Assembly: GCA_963844715.1 (NCBI GenBank)
Contig: CAWJPJ010000007.1
Location: 1,056,001-1,120,000 of the forward strand
From: an uncultured Phycisphaerales bacterium
Lineage (GTDB): Bacteria; Planctomycetota; Phycisphaerae; Tepidisphaerales; Tepidisphaeraceae
Direction of reading: 5' to 3'
DNA: 64,000 nucleotides
The notes beneath the pieces were generated by a model, which saw only the letters and a list, made by a program, of their open reading frames with translations, was not told the origin of the DNA and ran no database searches. A program made the position numbers and the translations under genes. Positions 1-10,492 of this stretch are shown here, one piece after another. Position 1 is the first letter of the stretch; each line of letters opens with the position of its first letter.

Positions 1-33
1 GCCGTCGCGGCGGCCAACTGGCAACTATTCCCC

Positions 34-840
34 ATGCTCATCGACCCCCACATCCACTGCGTCAGCCGCACAACGGACGATTATCTCTTCATGGCCCGCG
101 CCGGCGTGGTCGCCGTGAGCGAGCCCGCCTTCTGGGCCGGCTTCGACCGCTCGACCGCCGGCAGCTTCGCCGATTATTTCCGCCATCTCACGGATGTCGA
201 ACCCAAGCGCGCCGCCCGCTATGGCATCGATCACTATTCCTGGCTCTGCATCAACGCAAAGGAAGCTGAAAACGTCTCGCTTGCCAGGGAAGTGATCCAA
301 CTCATCCCGCCGATGCTCGATCACCCGCGCGTCCTGGGCATAGGCGAAATCGGCCTGAACAAGAATACCAAAAATGAAATCCAAATCTTCGAGGAGCAGG
401 TCGATCTCGCCGCCCGCTATGACCAGCTCATCTTGATCCACACCCCACACCTCCAGGACAAACACAAAGGCACCTCCATCATCGTTGACATTCTGAAAAA
501 CGACCCCAGAATCAAACCCGATCGCGTCCTCATCGACCACTGCGAGGAACACACCATCAAATTGGCGAAGGAAGCCGGTTTCTGGTGCGGCCTCACGATC
601 TACCCCATCACCAAAGTCACCCCCCAACGCGGCGCAGACATCCTCGAACAATTCGGCCCCCAAAAAATCTGCGTCAACAGCGCCAGCGACTGGGGCGAAT
701 CCGGCCCCCACATGCTCATCGACACCATGCTGGAATTCCGCCGCCGAGGCCACACCCAAAAAGAAGCCACCGAAATCTTTTACAATAACCCCTGCAAATT
801 CTTCGGACAGTCCGGTAAGTGGAAGCTTTCACCTGTCTGA
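34..840 (+). CDS. TatD-family metal-dependent hydrolase (EboB-like)
   Basis: IDPHIH metal motif, SRTTDDY, GIGEIGL, LIHTPH and IDHC motifs; intact ORF. Confidence 0.85.
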   Translation: MLIDPHIHCVSRTTDDYLFMARAGVVAVSEPAFWAGFDRSTAGSFADYFRHLTDVEPKRAARYGIDHYSWLCINAKEAENVSLAREVIQLIPPMLDHPRVLGIGEIGLNKNTKNEIQIFEEQVDLAARYDQLILIHTPHLQDKHKGTSIIVDILKNDPRIKPDRVLIDHCEEHTIKLAKEAGFWCGLTIYPITKVTPQRGADILEQFGPQKICVNSASDWGESGPHMLIDTMLEFRRRGHTQKEATEIFYNNPCKFFGQSGKWKLSPV

Positions 841-874
841 ATTGCATTTAAATTGCCGGGCGCCCTCGTTTACA

Positions 875-903
875 TTGACGCCTTCATTCCATCAGCATAC
901 GAT
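875..903 (+). promoter_or_regulatory. sigma70-type promoter of the clpP operon
   Basis: TTGACG-N17-TACGAT, followed by an AAGGAGG RBS before the TTG start at 942. Confidence 0.6.
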
Positions 904-941
904 CCGCTGCCCAAGAGATTGCTCTATTTCAAGGAGGCCGA

Positions 942-1625
942 TTGCCATCCCCGTTTGATCCGAAAACGCAACCCGTTTCCATGCCCATCGCCGTGCCGGG
1001 TCAGCAGGGCCCGGGGTACAACCGCTATCGCGAAATGACACTCGAGGAGATGCTCCTCGAAAACCGCGTACTTTTTCTTGTCGGTGAGATCAATCACGTT
1101 TCCGCCAGCCGGATCATGATGCAGATGCTCTATCTCCAGAGCGTCAAACGCGACCAGGACATCAATCTTTACATCAATTCGCCCGGCGGCGTTGTCGACG
1201 ACACGCTGGCCATCTACGACATCATGAAGTTCCTCAATTGCGACGTCGCCACCTATTGCATCGGCCGCGCCGAAAGCGGCGGGGCGATCGTCTTCATGGC
1301 AGGAAAAAAGGGCAAACGCTTCATCCTGCCCAACGCCAAGGTCATGATTCACCAGCCCTTCGGCGGGGTCTACGGGCAGGCCGCCGATATCCAAATCCAG
1401 GCGGATGAAATCCTCAAAACCAAGGAAACCCTCATCAATGTGATGGCCAAATGCACCGGCCAGACCATCGAGCGGATTCGCGAGGACAGCGAGCGCGATC
1501 GGTTCTTCGACGCGGCGCAGGCCGTCAAATATGGAATCTGCGACGAAGTCCTCGGCGAAGATTCCGCCGCCGCCGTGGTCGCCGCTGCCAGCAACGCGGC
1601 CTCGTCTCCTGACGCCAAAAAGTAG
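942..1625 (+). CDS. clpP: ATP-dependent Clp protease proteolytic subunit
   Basis: YINSPGG, CIGRAES (catalytic Ser), MIHQP (His), ERDRF (Asp). Confidence 0.93.
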   Translation: MPSPFDPKTQPVSMPIAVPGQQGPGYNRYREMTLEEMLLENRVLFLVGEINHVSASRIMMQMLYLQSVKRDQDINLYINSPGGVVDDTLAIYDIMKFLNCDVATYCIGRAESGGAIVFMAGKKGKRFILPNAKVMIHQPFGGVYGQAADIQIQADEILKTKETLINVMAKCTGQTIERIREDSERDRFFDAAQAVKYGICDEVLGEDSAAAVVAAASNAASSPDAKK

Positions 1626-1635
1626 GGGACGATTC

Positions 1636-2043
1636 ATGCTATTCGTTTCCATCGATCATCCCGCCATCAGTTGCCGCGACGTGAATCGCCAGGCCGATTG
1701 GTACTGCCGCAACCTCGGCATGCAAGTCGTCGCCTCGGACGGCAAAACGCCCCCAAGCATGCTGCTGGGATACGACGCCAGGTCAGTCGCCGGCGCCATG
1801 ATCGAACTGATGCCTGTCCGCGACCCGGGCCCCGACCCCGACGCCTTCGCACGGTATCAACCCGGCCTCCGCCACCTGGCGCTGCGCGTCTCCAATTTCG
1901 ACATGGCCTATGATCAATTGAAGTCACTCGGCGTGAAATTTCTATTCGAGCCCGCCAACAACGCCGTCGGCGGCGGAAAGATCGTCTCCTTTCGAGACCC
2001 CGAAGGAAATGAGCTACAAATCGTTCAAAGGACCGGCAATTAG
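1636..2043 (+). CDS. VOC/glyoxalase family protein
   Basis: IDHPAI, IELM, LRHLAL and FRDPEGNELQ motifs; ATG at 1636. Confidence 0.85.
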   Translation: MLFVSIDHPAISCRDVNRQADWYCRNLGMQVVASDGKTPPSMLLGYDARSVAGAMIELMPVRDPGPDPDAFARYQPGLRHLALRVSNFDMAYDQLKSLGVKFLFEPANNAVGGGKIVSFRDPEGNELQIVQRTGN

Positions 2044-2058
2044 CAAGCGAACACAACT

Positions 2059-2699
2059 ATGAGCATCAACCAACTCATCCCCATCGTCATTGAAAAAAGC
2101 GGCCGAGGAGAACGCGCCTACGACATCTACTCCCGCCTCCTCAAGGACCGCATTATCATCCTCGGCGGCGCCGTCACCGATGAATCCGCCAACACGATCA
2201 TCGCGCAGCTCCTTTTTCTCTCCAACGACGATCCCAAAACCGATATCCAGTTCTACATCAACTCCCCCGGCGGCAGCGTCTCGGCGGGACTTGGAATCAT
2301 CGACACCATGCGATTCCTCCGCTGCGATGTGGCCACAACCTGCATCGGCATGGCCGCCAGTATGGGCGCCTGCATCCTCGCCGCGGGAAAAGCCGGAAAA
2401 CGTGCCGTGCTGATGAACAGCCAGGTCATGCTCCACCAACCTCTCATCGGCGGCGTCCTACAGGGGCCGGCGACCGACCTGGGGATCGAAGCCCAGCACA
2501 TGCTTCGCCTTCGCGACCGCCTCTATAAAATGATGGCCTCCTACACGAACAAGACCCCGGACGTCATCCACCGCGATTTCGATCGCAACAAATGGCTCTT
2601 TGCCGAGGAAGCCGTCGAATACGGCTGCGCCGACCGCGTACTCGATCGAGCCCCGGAAATCGTCCCCATCGCGCGCCCAATGAGGAGCCGATCGAATGA
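2059..2699 (+). CDS. clpP: Second Clp protease proteolytic subunit (3' indel gives apparent read-through to 2994)
   Basis: [38 protein letters not shown]; alternative frame ends NEEPIE-TGA, overlapping the next ATG. Confidence 0.9.
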
Positions 2700-3313
2700 T
2701 CGGCCGCTGCGCAACTGCCGCCGCGATGGGACTCGCCGCGATCTGCCTGACCGCTTGCGGCGGGCCGAATCAGGCGAACATCCAGTTGCGCAAAGACAAC
2801 CAGCAGCTATCGGCCCAGATCGATACCCTCAATCGCCAGCATGCCGCCGATTCCGCTACCATCAACGCCCTCCAGGCCACCAACGCCGTCAAAACCCTTC
2901 CTGCATCGACGCTAAACGAGCTTTACACCGTCGCCGGCCTTCGCCTGGGCAAACTCACTGGCGGATTTCATCCCGATCCCAATACCGCCGGTGACACCAC
3001 ACTGAAGGTCTACGTTATCCCGACCGATCAGGACGGCGACCCGATCAAAGCCGCCGGGACCTTTCACATCCAACTCTTCGATCTCGCCCTTGCCAAGGAC
3101 AACTGCATCGGCACATGGGATTTCGATCTCCAGCAGGCCCACGCCAACTGGTACTCGCAGCTGTTCATGTACACGTACGTTTTTAGCTGCCCATTTCAGG
3201 TTCAGCCGGTGCATTCGGATCTGCTAGCGCGGATTACCTACACGGATGCGCTGACGGGCCGCGTCTTCACGGTTGATCGGGATATCACCGTTCAATTGCC
3301 CCCAACGAAGTGA
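2696..3313 (+). CDS. Putative lipoprotein with short coiled coil
   Basis: Signal peptide ending in LTAC lipobox; heptad-rich [16 protein letters not shown] segment. Confidence 0.65.
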   Translation: MIGRCATAAAMGLAAICLTACGGPNQANIQLRKDNQQLSAQIDTLNRQHAADSATINALQATNAVKTLPASTLNELYTVAGLRLGKLTGGFHPDPNTAGDTTLKVYVIPTDQDGDPIKAAGTFHIQLFDLALAKDNCIGTWDFDLQQAHANWYSQLFMYTYVFSCPFQVQPVHSDLLARITYTDALTGRVFTVDRDITVQLPPTK

Positions 3314-3320
3314 AACCGCT

Positions 3321-4003
3321 CTATGCCCCGCGGGTCAGGGTGCGGATGGACTGTTCGTCCGCCACGATCGCCATCTCCGCCATGTTCAGGAACAGACCCG
3401 ATTCCACGATTCCCGCCCGCAATCGGAGCTGTTTGTCCAGCCCGGCCGGATCGTCAATCCCCGGAAATCGGCAATCGAAGATGTAATTCCCATTGTCCGT
3501 GACGAAGACCGCCCCGTCCGGATGCCGCCGTAGTCGCGGCGTGCTTCCCAGGTCGCGCAAGAACCTTTCGTGAGCCTCGTAACCAAACGGCGTCACTTCC
3601 ACCGGCAGCGGTGACTTCTCCCCCAGCTTGCTCACGACCTTCGAATTGTCGGCAATGATAATCAGGCGATTGGAGTTTTGAGCGACGATTTTCTCTCGCA
3701 GCAGCGCCCCGCCCATTCCCTTGATCAGCTCCAGCCCCGGCGCGATTTCGTCGGCTCCGTCTACGGTTACGTCGATCTTCGTCACCTGCGAAAATCCCGC
3801 GATCGCGAGCCCCGATTCACGCGCCAGCCGCTCCGATGCACTGCTGGTCGGAACGCAGCGCACGTTATGCAATCGCCCGGCCCGTAAACCTGACGCCAGG
3901 GCCGCTATAAAGAACTTGGCGGTCGATCCGGTGCCAAGACCGACGACCATCCCGTCCTTCACGAATTCCACCGCCGCTTCGCCTGCGCCTGCTTGGCTTC
4001 CAT
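3321..4003 (-). CDS. rpiA: Ribose-5-phosphate isomerase A (5' indel)
   Basis: GLGTGST, DGADE, KGMGGALLREK, TDNGN motifs. Confidence 0.93.
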
Positions 4004-4113
4004 GGTTAGGAGAATAAGACCGCGCGGCCCGCGGGTAAAGTCGAGAATCCGGGGGCGATAATAGAGGAACCCGCTGGCGACGCCGCCGGGGATCGGCGGG
4101 GGGACTGTTACCC

Positions 4114-4994
4114 TCAGCCGAACACGGCCGAAGCCGCCAAAACCTGGGCGGGAAGATTGGCCTTGATCTGTTCGATCAGGGGGGGCTGGATATTCGCCTC
4201 GGCCAGAAGCTGTGGGTCAAGTTGCTGATGGGCGGCCGTCAGGTTGAATCCAAGGCCCGTTTGGCAGCAAATCGTATCGGCGACGTAGATCAGCGTAACC
4301 AACTGACGCGACTCCTTCGCCACTGAATTCGGATTGTGATGCGACCCGGCTATCAATCGGCAGCAGGCGGGGAACTTCCATTGCTCGGCCAGCGCTTCGC
4401 CCAGCGCTCTGATGGTCCACCCCCAGCGCATTGCGCTCCGCCTGGCAGAAATCTCCGCCCGAGGCGGCGACGCCGTTGCAGATCGCCCGGGTCTTTTCCG
4501 GCCAAGCCTGAAGCGCAGACCAATATCCCCGCGTCGTGGATCATTCCCCCGAGGAAAGCCTCATCGACTAGGTGAAGTTTCAGCCCCTTGGCCAATTCCC
4601 GCCCCGCGACGGCAACCGCAATGCAGTGCGTCCACAGATCGCGGGCGCTGAACTTGTCGCAAAGCCGAACGCCGCGAAAGAGTTGTCCAAGGCTCGCGGC
4701 GATCGCAATGTTCTTCACCGCATTCAATCCAAGCAAAACAATCGCGCGATCGATGCTCCCCACCTGCCCGGGCAGGCCGTAGAACGCGCTGTTGACGAGC
4801 TTGAGGATTCGCGTCACCAAGGCCGGATCGTGAGTGATGATCTTGTGCAGATTGGCCGCCGAGCTGCGCGGATTCTCCACCGTCGCGATGATGCGCGCCG
4901 TCACTTCGGGCAGCGTCGCCAGAGCGGTGACGCTCTTGATCGCGTCTCGGGCCAGACTGTGGGTATCGGGAGTGGGTGCCGTGGCTGTAGTCAT
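4114..4994 (-). CDS. HDOD domain protein (frameshifted)
   Basis: LATLPEV, DPALVTRILKLVNSAFYG, LWTHC, IHDAG; C-terminal part in ORF 4114-4431. Confidence 0.85.
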
Positions 4995-5090
4995 GCGGAT
5001 TCCTCTTATGTCATATCGATAAACGCGTGCCTCAACTTGAAGCGGTCCAACCTGCCGCTCGATTACGCAGCGTCCGATAGAAAAGAGTTT

Positions 5091-6206
5091 TTAGTAAGTG
5101 ATCAGCTTGCGAAGAAAACGATGATCCAGGCGCAATTGGCAAGAATCCCCGCGATTTTCAGCCCCGTATCGCGCCCGGCGTAAGGATTAACACTCTTTCC
5201 CCGACGTGGATTTCCGCCGTTCCAGATTCGTCGCGCCGCCGCCGCGATGGCTGATTGCCCATACGGCACGCTCCTCACATCTTTACATCGCTCTCTTCCC
5301 CTCTGCCGCGGGCCGATGTCAATAACCGGCGTTCCAAAGCTCGCCGCCTCGATAATTCCCGCCGAGCTGTTCCCCGCGAGAAACGCCGCATCCCGTAAAA
5401 GTGCCAGGAACTCCGGGCGGAAATATCCTTATGGACAGTCAATCGCGGGTCATCCTTGACGGATTGCCAGTATCGAATGATTCCACCGCTGCCGGGATCG
5501 TTATTCGGATAAATGATCACCGCGCGATCGACGCCCGATTGAAGGACGCCATGCAAAACCATTCGGGCCCGCTCGAATTCCATCGCCTCGTCCATTTCCG
5601 CCGGATGGAGCACCACCAGGGCGAAACTTCGCGGCTTAAGCCTGGATTTGCCTGCCTCTCGATTAATCCCATCAATTCCCGGCGACCCCACGCAATGCAC
5701 GCGAGCCGGATCTTCCCCCAGCCGCACGATTCGCCGCGCACTCTCCTTCGTGGCGGGGAAATGAATATGAGCCAGCTTGGTGATCGCATGTCGCAGGGAA
5801 TCGTCCACTTGCCCCAAAGCCCGATCCCCGCCGTGCACATGCGTCACCGCCAGTCCCAGAATATGTCCCGCCGCCGCGGCCGCGAAGGCCTCGACGCGAT
5901 CCCCGACTACGAGAACCACGTCTGGGCGCAGCTTCTCAAAATTTCGCGCCAACCCCGCTATCGCGTTTCCAGTGGCTTCGGCCCGGGAACCGCCTTTCCA
6001 AGAAAGGATCGCATCGATTTTCCAACCCGCCTTGCCAACGCGAGCAATGCTCCGCCCATGCCGGCGATCGAGATGCATCCCCGTAACGACGATCTGCAAT
6101 TTCAACTTTTTCGATTTTTGAATCGCGAGCAGAACCGAACGCATGAGCCCGAATTCAGCCCGGGTCCCGGTGACGAAGCAAACTCGCCTTTGGTTGCGCC
6201 AGCCAT
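5091..6206 (-). CDS. neuC: Hydrolysing UDP-GlcNAc 2-epimerase (frameshifted)
   Basis: VTGTRAEFG, VTGMHL, GDRVEA, HVHGGD, RHAITKL; shifted frame continues GNSSAGIIEA. Confidence 0.88.
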
Positions 6207-6236
6207 TGCTCGGACTGTATATCACGGCCATACCAG

Positions 6237-6298
6237 GTATTGCCATCCAACCTGAATTCTTCAGATGGTATTGCCGATATCGAAAAAGGCAATACAAT
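6237..6298 (+). promoter_or_regulatory. TA promoter with overlapping operator
   Basis: TTGCCG-N16-TACAAT overlapped by inverted repeat GTATTGCC (6268-6275) / GGCAATAC (6288-6295); extra GTATTGCC at 6237. Confidence 0.6.
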
Positions 6299-6305
6299 AG
6301 ATAAT

Positions 6306-6545
6306 ATGAAGACCATTACCTGCAAGCTATCCGAAAAACTGGACGCGGAGTTGGAGGCCGTCGCACGTGAGCAGCGCACCAGCAAATCGGAAGTTGTGCG
6401 CAACGCACTTGAAGACCGGGTCCGCCGAAAACGAGGGCAGAGGGCACCGCGAGCCTTCGATTTAGTCAAGGACCTTGCCGGGAGCGTCAAGGGCCCTGCC
6501 GATTTATTGACCAATCCAAAATATTTCGAGAACTTCGGTGCCTGA
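6306..6545 (+). CDS. Ribbon-helix-helix (CopG-like) antitoxin
   Basis: MKTITCKL...SKSEVVRNAL RHH pattern; overlaps downstream PIN gene. Confidence 0.8.
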   Translation: MKTITCKLSEKLDAELEAVAREQRTSKSEVVRNALEDRVRRKRGQRAPRAFDLVKDLAGSVKGPADLLTNPKYFENFGA

Positions 6546-6960
6546 GCGCACTGTCATCGCCGATACGGGGCCTCTTGTCGCCTTCTTGGTCGAGCGGGAA
6601 CCGCGGCACGTCTGGGCGGTAGAGCAGTTCAAATCATTGCCCGCGCCGTTTCTAACTTGTGAATCCGTGCTCACCGAAGTGTTTCACTTGCTCAGCCGCG
6701 CTCGGGAAGGTCCCCAAAGGTTTTTTGAGTTGATCAACCGAGGGGTGGTTATCGTCGATTTCTCGACTGCATCAGAGATCGTGCCGCTGGAAAGGCTGAT
6801 TCGGAAATATCGTGACTTGCCAATGTCGTTGGCTGATGCGTGCCTCGTCAGGATGGCGGAGATTCATCCCAGCGCTGTTGTGCTGACGCTGGACCAGCAT
6901 TTCAAGATTTATCGCAAACTCAACCGTCAGCCAATCAGGTGCATTATGCCGGCCGAGTAA
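6538..6960 (+). CDS. vapC: PIN-domain VapC-type toxin
   Basis: ADTGPLVA, VLTE, MSLADAC, TLDQHF acidic PIN motifs. Confidence 0.88.
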   Translation: MPERTVIADTGPLVAFLVEREPRHVWAVEQFKSLPAPFLTCESVLTEVFHLLSRAREGPQRFFELINRGVVIVDFSTASEIVPLERLIRKYRDLPMSLADACLVRMAEIHPSAVVLTLDQHFKIYRKLNRQPIRCIMPAE

Positions 6961-6978
6961 GCGATCGGCGACATTGGA

Positions 6979-8031
6979 TCACGCCGCGTCATTAATTGCC
7001 TGCCAAGTCAAAAGTTGGCCGGATCGTATCGCCTTATCGACCTTGCACCCAATCAGCGACGGCAGCGCCGACGCCGGAATGCCCGTCCCCGGTCGCTGGA
7101 CCATCAGATCGGATTCTTCGATCAAATGCCCCGGTTGCAGGTCTTTCGCCGCGACCACGCTCTGCCGGCTGGCGGTGCGCACATCCTGCTCGATCTGCAA
7201 AACGCGCTTGCCCGGCAGCCCGCGCATGCGCTCGGCCAAGCGCAGGAACTCAATGTACTGGGCGAATTGCCCGGGATCGAAGCTCGAAGAGTGGTCCGGA
7301 CCCTGCGCGTTTCGATCGTAGGTGAGATGCTTTTCCACGATCGCGGCTCCCGCGGTCACAGCCAGCGCGCCGGCCAGAATTTCCGTCGAATGATCCGAAA
7401 AACCCGTCACCACGCCGAACCGGCGTTGCAGTTCGTCAATCCAGCAGAGATTGGCCTCGTCCACCGGCGTCGGATAGCTGCTGATGCAATGAAGCAAAGC
7501 AAAGGGCGATTCCCAGCCGCGCAGCCAGGCGACGCTCGAGCTGATTTCGTTGATGCTCGCCGCGCCCGTCGAAACAAGCAGCGGCAGCCCCGTGGCCGCG
7601 GCGCCGCAAGAGAGGCCAGTTCACAATATCCGGCGACGCGATTTTAATCCCCGGCAAATCAAGCGCCTCGATCTCATCCACGTCTTCCAGTGAGAAAGGC
7701 GTCGCCAGCGGGATCAACCCCTGCGCCGCGGATTTCATCCACGACGGCGCGGCATGTCCGCCTCGCTCAGCTCGAATCGCCGCAGCATGTCGGCGGGAGT
7801 TGGATCGTGGAGGAGCGTCTTCTGATAGCGGGCGAAGACCGAGGACCGGTGCATCAGCCGATCCGCCGAAAAGATCTGCAATTTCACGGCATCCGCGCCC
7901 GCCTGCTGGGCAGCGCGGACGAGTTGAAGGGCCCGGTCGAGCCGGCCGTCGTGATTCACGCCGATTTCCGCTACCACGAGCACCGGTCCGTTCCGGTCGA
8001 CGGGGCAACCGTCCAGTTCGAGATCGATCAT
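6979..8031 (-). CDS. neuB: N-acetylneuraminate synthase family protein with SAF domain (frameshifted)
   Basis: AEIGVNHDG, GADAVKLQ, LHCISSYP, GFSDHS, VEKHLT, RPGTG spread across frames. Confidence 0.9.
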
Positions 8032-8757
8032 GCTACCCTCGATTTCAAAGCGGCCGACTCGCGCAAAATGGCTTCGGCCAGGTAAAGGTCGCGCAGTTCG
8101 TCTATTTCCACGGTTTGTCCGATTTCTGTGCGGATACCGCGCCGATCCATTCCGAAGAAGGCATGGGGATCGCCGGGACTCTGCTTGCCGCGAAGCATCG
8201 AAGCCCGCGACACCGCTACGATCGCGCCATCGTGCAAAAAGAGTGCCTCGAGGTCCTGGCGGCGATGAATGCTATTGGGTTGAAGCGGCACGACCTCCTC
8301 CCCGTCGAGACGCGACATCCAGGCGGGGTGCCATTTTCCCACCGGACAAAACGACCGCACCGAGTCGCAACCGGACTTTTCGAGCATCTCGATGGCCCGA
8401 TCGATCGAGCCCGCCGGACGAATCGGGACGTTTCCGTACAGAACCGCCAGCGCGTCCGCCTTGAATGGTCGCTTGGCGAATTCGAATTCCTGGAGTCGCG
8501 TGGAGCATGGCGTCCTGGACGCTTGCCGAAGCCGTGGCCAAATCCGCCGGGCGGTCGATGACCCACAGCCCGCGCGATCGTGCCAGTTGCTTGATTTGCG
8601 GGCAATCGGTCGAGACGCAGACCGCCGAAAGGCGGCGGCTATTCGCGGCGTGATCGAAGGTGTATTCGATTACGGGGCGACCATCGAGGAGACGCAGATG
8701 TTTATTCAATAACCCGGCGCTGCCGGCGCGGGCGAGGATGATTCCGAGAACGTTCAT
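8028..8757 (-). CDS. neuA: Acylneuraminate cytidylyltransferase (frameshifted)
   Basis: ILARAGS..L.NK, VSTD, RRQDL, HDGAI, EIDE. Confidence 0.87.
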
Positions 8758-8772
8758 GAGTTCGGTCTCCTC

Positions 8773-8894
8773 AATGACGAAATTCGAATGACGAATGACG
8801 AATGTCGCCGCGGCGACCTCGAATGTCCGAATGAACCTTAATCATTGGAACATTGAAATTTGATTCGTCATTCGTCATTTATCATTCGTCATTA
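8773..8894. repeat. Inverted array of heptamer tandem repeats (GAATGAC / GTCATTC)
   Basis: AATGACG repeats on the left arm, TTCGTCATT repeats on the right arm, internal GTCGCCGCGGCGAC palindrome. Confidence 0.8.
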
Positions 8895-10492
8895 AGTTCT
8901 ATGCCAATCGCTGCACCCGGCGCAGCACCGGGTGTCGCTGCCAATTTCCCAACTTGTGGTCGGATCGCAGACTGCCCATCGGGCCGTTCCAGATTGACGC
9001 GATCGAATCCTGCCCGATCCGGCCCAGCGTCTGTTTTCCGCGCAAATCCTGCTCGCAGGAGACGACTCGCCCATCCGACAAGATCGTGATTTTCGAATTA
9101 AGCCGTGCGCACGGTCTCCGTCGCGGCGGTTCCATGCGGGCGGCCGAGAGATCCGGTATCGTCGCCGAAAAATCGCTCGGCCCGACGATCACCGCGCACC
9201 CCAGAACGCGCAGCCAATGGTCGTACCACGGTTCCATCTCGGCGAAATTCGCCTGGAGCTTGGTAAACGCGGGAACGATCAAGGTGGTCGGGGCGCTCTG
9301 CTCGATCAATCTCTGAATATTTGCCACGCAGGTTTTGAATCCATCGGTCTGCATGACGGCTTGATAAGTCGCCGCGGTCACGGCGGGGAAATGAACGGAA
9401 ATCACGTCCACACCCGATTTTGCCAGACCATCGATCGTCGATTCATCGCTCCCGAGCAGATCGGTTTCGATCGCGACGGCGATCTTGAGAGCAATGGCGT
9501 ATTGAGCAATTTCGAAAAACCCCGGCGACAGAATCGGATCGCCCGCTCCCGCCAGAACAAGCCGGAGGTCGTCGATCCCGGCCAGTTCATCAAGCAGTTT
9601 CTTCGCCGCAACCACGGCCAAATCCTCGCGTTCCACCAGCGGCGGCATATAAATCGGTTTGGCGATCCGCCGGGTGGTCAATTCCAGCACGACTTCCCGA
9701 ACCGTCGAAGCTGGCCCAGCGTTATCAAGCAGATGCAACAATTGCTCGGCGGAGGTGTGAATCAGTTCGCCGTTGAGATGTGCCGTGGCCTGGCCGATCC
9801 GATCTAACTGCCGATCGGAATCGAGTGTGAATCGATGCACATTTCGAGCCAAATTCGCCGCCACTGGGGCACACGCCGGCGTAGATATCGGGTCGCGCTG
9901 CGGCAGATCAGGCCGATACGCAAGCAGCGACCCCGGATGCGCCGCATTCTTTGCCAATTTCTCGACCAGCGATTTCCGAATCATCACCCCGCACAGCCCC
10001 GGCGCGGCGGGCGTGAAGAAGAAGTCGATCTCCTCGTTGGCCCCGGCGTGATCGAGCACCGAATCGACCAGGTCCGGATCGACCAGCCCCGCGGCCGGGT
10101 CGACCAGAAACGCCGCCTCCCCTCCAAGCTGATTCAGCAGGTCCAGAAGCAACGGGGCGTGGAATCCCCGGTCAAACTCGCATGTGTTCAGAAGTCCGCC
10201 GCGCCACCCGTCCGACCACCGGCGGGCGACCGTGATCGTATCCAAAGCCGGCAGCGCCACCCGCGCCGACGGCGCCACGCAGCGCGCCCGAATTCCGCGG
10301 CGATTTTCTTTGCTTCCTCCTGCTGGTCCTTCCAGCAGAGGATTGCCATCTGGCTAAGGTTGGCGCATCGAGACAGCCGAGAGAGCGTCCACGCGAGCAC
10401 CGGGCGATCATGAAACCGTCGGCTTGCGCTCCCCGGCGCTGTGCCGGCTCATGCAGCATCGAAGCGACCGCGATGACGCCCGGCTGGCTCAT
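8892..10492 (-). CDS. SpsF-like nucleotidyltransferase fused to degenerate radical-SAM barrel and SPASM domain (frameshifted)
   Basis: N-terminal WTLSRLSR and LVDPDLVD; GAGDP..SP barrel motif; C-terminal RRPCARL...ILSDG.VVSCEQD...CxxC. Confidence 0.7.

Noticed and set aside
2059..2994. ClpP with a 100-aa C-terminal extension
   Set aside because: The extension is Arg-rich out-of-frame read-through over the lipoprotein gene; one indel restores a stop at 2699
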